Source of the DNA: Priapulus caudatus
Lineage: Eukaryota
DNA length: 49,822 nt
Direction of reading: 5' to 3'
Assembly: GCF_000485595.1 (NCBI RefSeq)
Contig: NW_014577090.1
Span: 378,505 to 428,326 of the forward strand
The notes under the pieces are model-generated. The model was not told where the DNA came from and made no database searches. It saw only the letters and a list, made by a program, of their open reading frames with translations. Position 1 is the first letter of the stretch. Every line of letters begins with the position of its first letter. Positions 48,292-49,822 of this stretch are shown here, one piece after another. A program made the position numbers and the translations under genes.

Positions 48292-49822
48292 TTGTGTGTG
48301 TTCGTGCGTACGTGTGGTATGTGTATATATTTGTGGGGGCATCTGTCTATGTGTGCGCGCGCATGCCGCGTAGTGGCGCCGCGCGTGTGTGTATGTATGT
48401 ATGTGTGTTCGCATGCTCGTGTATGTATGCATGTGTGTGTGTATGTATGCATCGTGTGTGTGTATGTATGCATGTGTGCCGTGCGATGTGTTGTGTGCGT
48501 GCGTGTGTGCGCGTTGTGTGCTGGCGTGCGTGTGTGCGCGCGGCTTTCGTGGATGCGTGGCGCGCCGTGGTGTGTGCTGTGATGACTGCGTACCTCAATT
48601 ACATGTACGTGTACGACGCTCCTAGCCGCTGGCTAGTTTCCATTAGTTCTCTCATTATTTACGACCTAGCCTTTGTCGCGCTCGCCCGTATAGCTACCCT
48701 GTCTGCTCCTATCTACCTTCCTACTATACCTCTCCCGCGCCGATAGCGGGCTCATGTTTACCATGTTATCAGCACCCACTCACGCACCACCACCGCCACC
48801 ACCACTACCACCACCACCACCACCACCACCACGCACCGACCAATCATCATCACTCATCTCATCATCATCCCTCATCACCGCACGCGCACCACCATCACCT
48901 ACACACCACCACACCATACCATCACACATATCACATCACCATCATCGCAGTCACCACCATCGAACGGGCGGCACCACCACCACCACCACCACTCACACTC
49001 ACGCACCACCACCACCACCACACACAACTCACGCAAACCACCACCACCATCCCCAACTCACCCACACACCCACCACCACCACCGCACTCACAGCGCACCG
49101 ACCACCCACCACATCACCAATCACCACCGCACCCTCAGCGCAACGCACCACCACGACGCACGCACCCACACTCGACGCCCACACCACGCACCACCATTCA
49201 TTCCGACCACCACCACGCACCACCATCACCACCCACTCAAGCACGGCACCACCACCACCACCATCACGCATTCACCACGCCCACTCACGCAGCCACCACC
49301 ACCACCACCCCCACACTCCGCACACACCACCACCATCATCCCGAGACCACCCAACCAACCACCACCACCACCACCAGTCACCGACCCACTCACGCACCAA
49401 CCACTACCACCATCATCATCACGCACCCACTACGCATCCACCACCACCACCACCCACCACCACCACCACTTCACACCACTCAATCGCACGCACCACCACC
49501 ACGCCACTCTCACGCACCACCACCACTTACCACCAGCATCAGCACACCACACACCACCATCCACGCACCCCACACCACCACCACCACCACCACCACCACC
49601 ACCACCACCTCCCTCTCATCCTCCTCCACCACCGACCACCACCACGCACCACTCACGGCACCACCACCACTACCACCACCATCATCACTCAGAACCACCA
49701 CCACCAGCCACCACCACCTTCCCCCTTCTCATGCCTCCTCCCCACCACCACCACCACCCGCACTGTCACCCCCGACCCCACCACCAACCAACCGTACCAC
49801 CACACCCGACCACACCACCACC
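48291..49822 (+). repeat. Direct duplicate of 38619-~40130 (TG tract + unique core + CCA satellite)
   Basis: The unique core (gatgactgcg...gacgctcctagccg...gcgggctcatgtttaccatgttatcagcacccact) is present in both copies, which differ mainly by 1-nt indels. Confidence 0.9.

Overview
Metazoan (invertebrate-type, intron-rich) genomic DNA from a draft assembly, with five N-gaps (3140-3901, 5382-5660, 35917-35941, 38594-38618, 46450-46597). I reconstructed four spliced housekeeping genes by hand from GT-AG junctions and frame continuity. They form two divergent pairs. ILK (-): first two coding exons only. RRP8/nucleomethylin (+): complete, 7 exons, 517 aa. VAMP7 (-): complete, 7 coding exons, 220 aa. 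A UCH-L1/L3-type deubiquitinase (+): 8 exons including a 12-nt microexon, last exon not found. Introns and intergenic DNA carry many non-autonomous DNA transposons with clean target-site duplications (TSDs): hAT-type (8 bp), TAG...CTA foldbacks (9-10 bp, AcademH-like) and 31-46 bp CAGG...CCTG hairpins (7 bp). The most unexpected signal is a decayed coding fragment in ILK intron 1 that matches the bacterial/fungal BTRD1 (polyglycine-hydrolase-like) repeat. Also notable: the ILK-RRP8 head-to-head pair, as in human, and decoy copies of both splice sites of ILK coding exon 2. Both ends of the window (about 1-6.4 kb and beyond 32.5 kb) are dominated by micro/minisatellites, and the long ORFs called there are spurious. 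All homology calls come from recalled family sequences; no database search was run.
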